Assembly (NCBI GenBank): GCA_964016885.1
Contig: OZ024750.1
Coordinates: forward strand, 20,832,001-20,896,000
From: Eledone cirrhosa
Taxonomy: Eukaryota
Reading direction: 5' to 3'
Length of the DNA stretch: 64,000 nucleotides
Under the pieces are notes generated by a model. The model was not told where the DNA came from. It worked only from the letters and a program-made list of their open reading frames with translations, and searched no databases. Below, piece by piece: positions 62,875 to 64,000 of the stretch. The translations under genes were made by a program, and so were the position numbers. Each line of letters opens with the position of its first letter. Positions within the stretch are counted from its first letter, which is position 1.

Positions 62875-64000
<1,126 letters not shown>

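Overview
AT-rich, microsatellite-saturated eukaryotic non-coding DNA. The repeat content (very long interrupted (AT)n tracts, tRNA-derived Meta-type and CORE-type SINEs) suggests an animal, probably an octopus or other coleoid cephalopod (inference). I can support no host protein-coding exon, and almost all ORFs in the track are dinucleotide-repeat artefacts. Recognisable elements are about 10 copies of one tRNA-derived SINE, one CORE-like SINE, a decayed RLE-type (R4/Dong-like) LINE 3' end, three RTE-clade LINE fragments, a mariner fragment and weak GIY-YIG (Penelope-like) remnants. The main observation is a set of short non-coding elements sitting in or next to (TA)n tracts that carry type I hammerhead ribozyme (HHR) motifs, often as fold-back (inverted) pairs. 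The best example is 51244-52961: about 3.2 tandem copies of a 483-bp unit (no differences seen by eye), with each full copy carrying a canonical HHR on the minus strand. The array is followed by an inverted partial copy whose symmetry centre lies 3-4 nt from the predicted cleavage site. This fits a retrozyme (circular RNA) or Penelope-like pseudo-LTR insertion. At least five further HHR families are visible, one with a compensatory change in helix I. All ribozyme calls come from manual base-pairing, not from computation or experiment.
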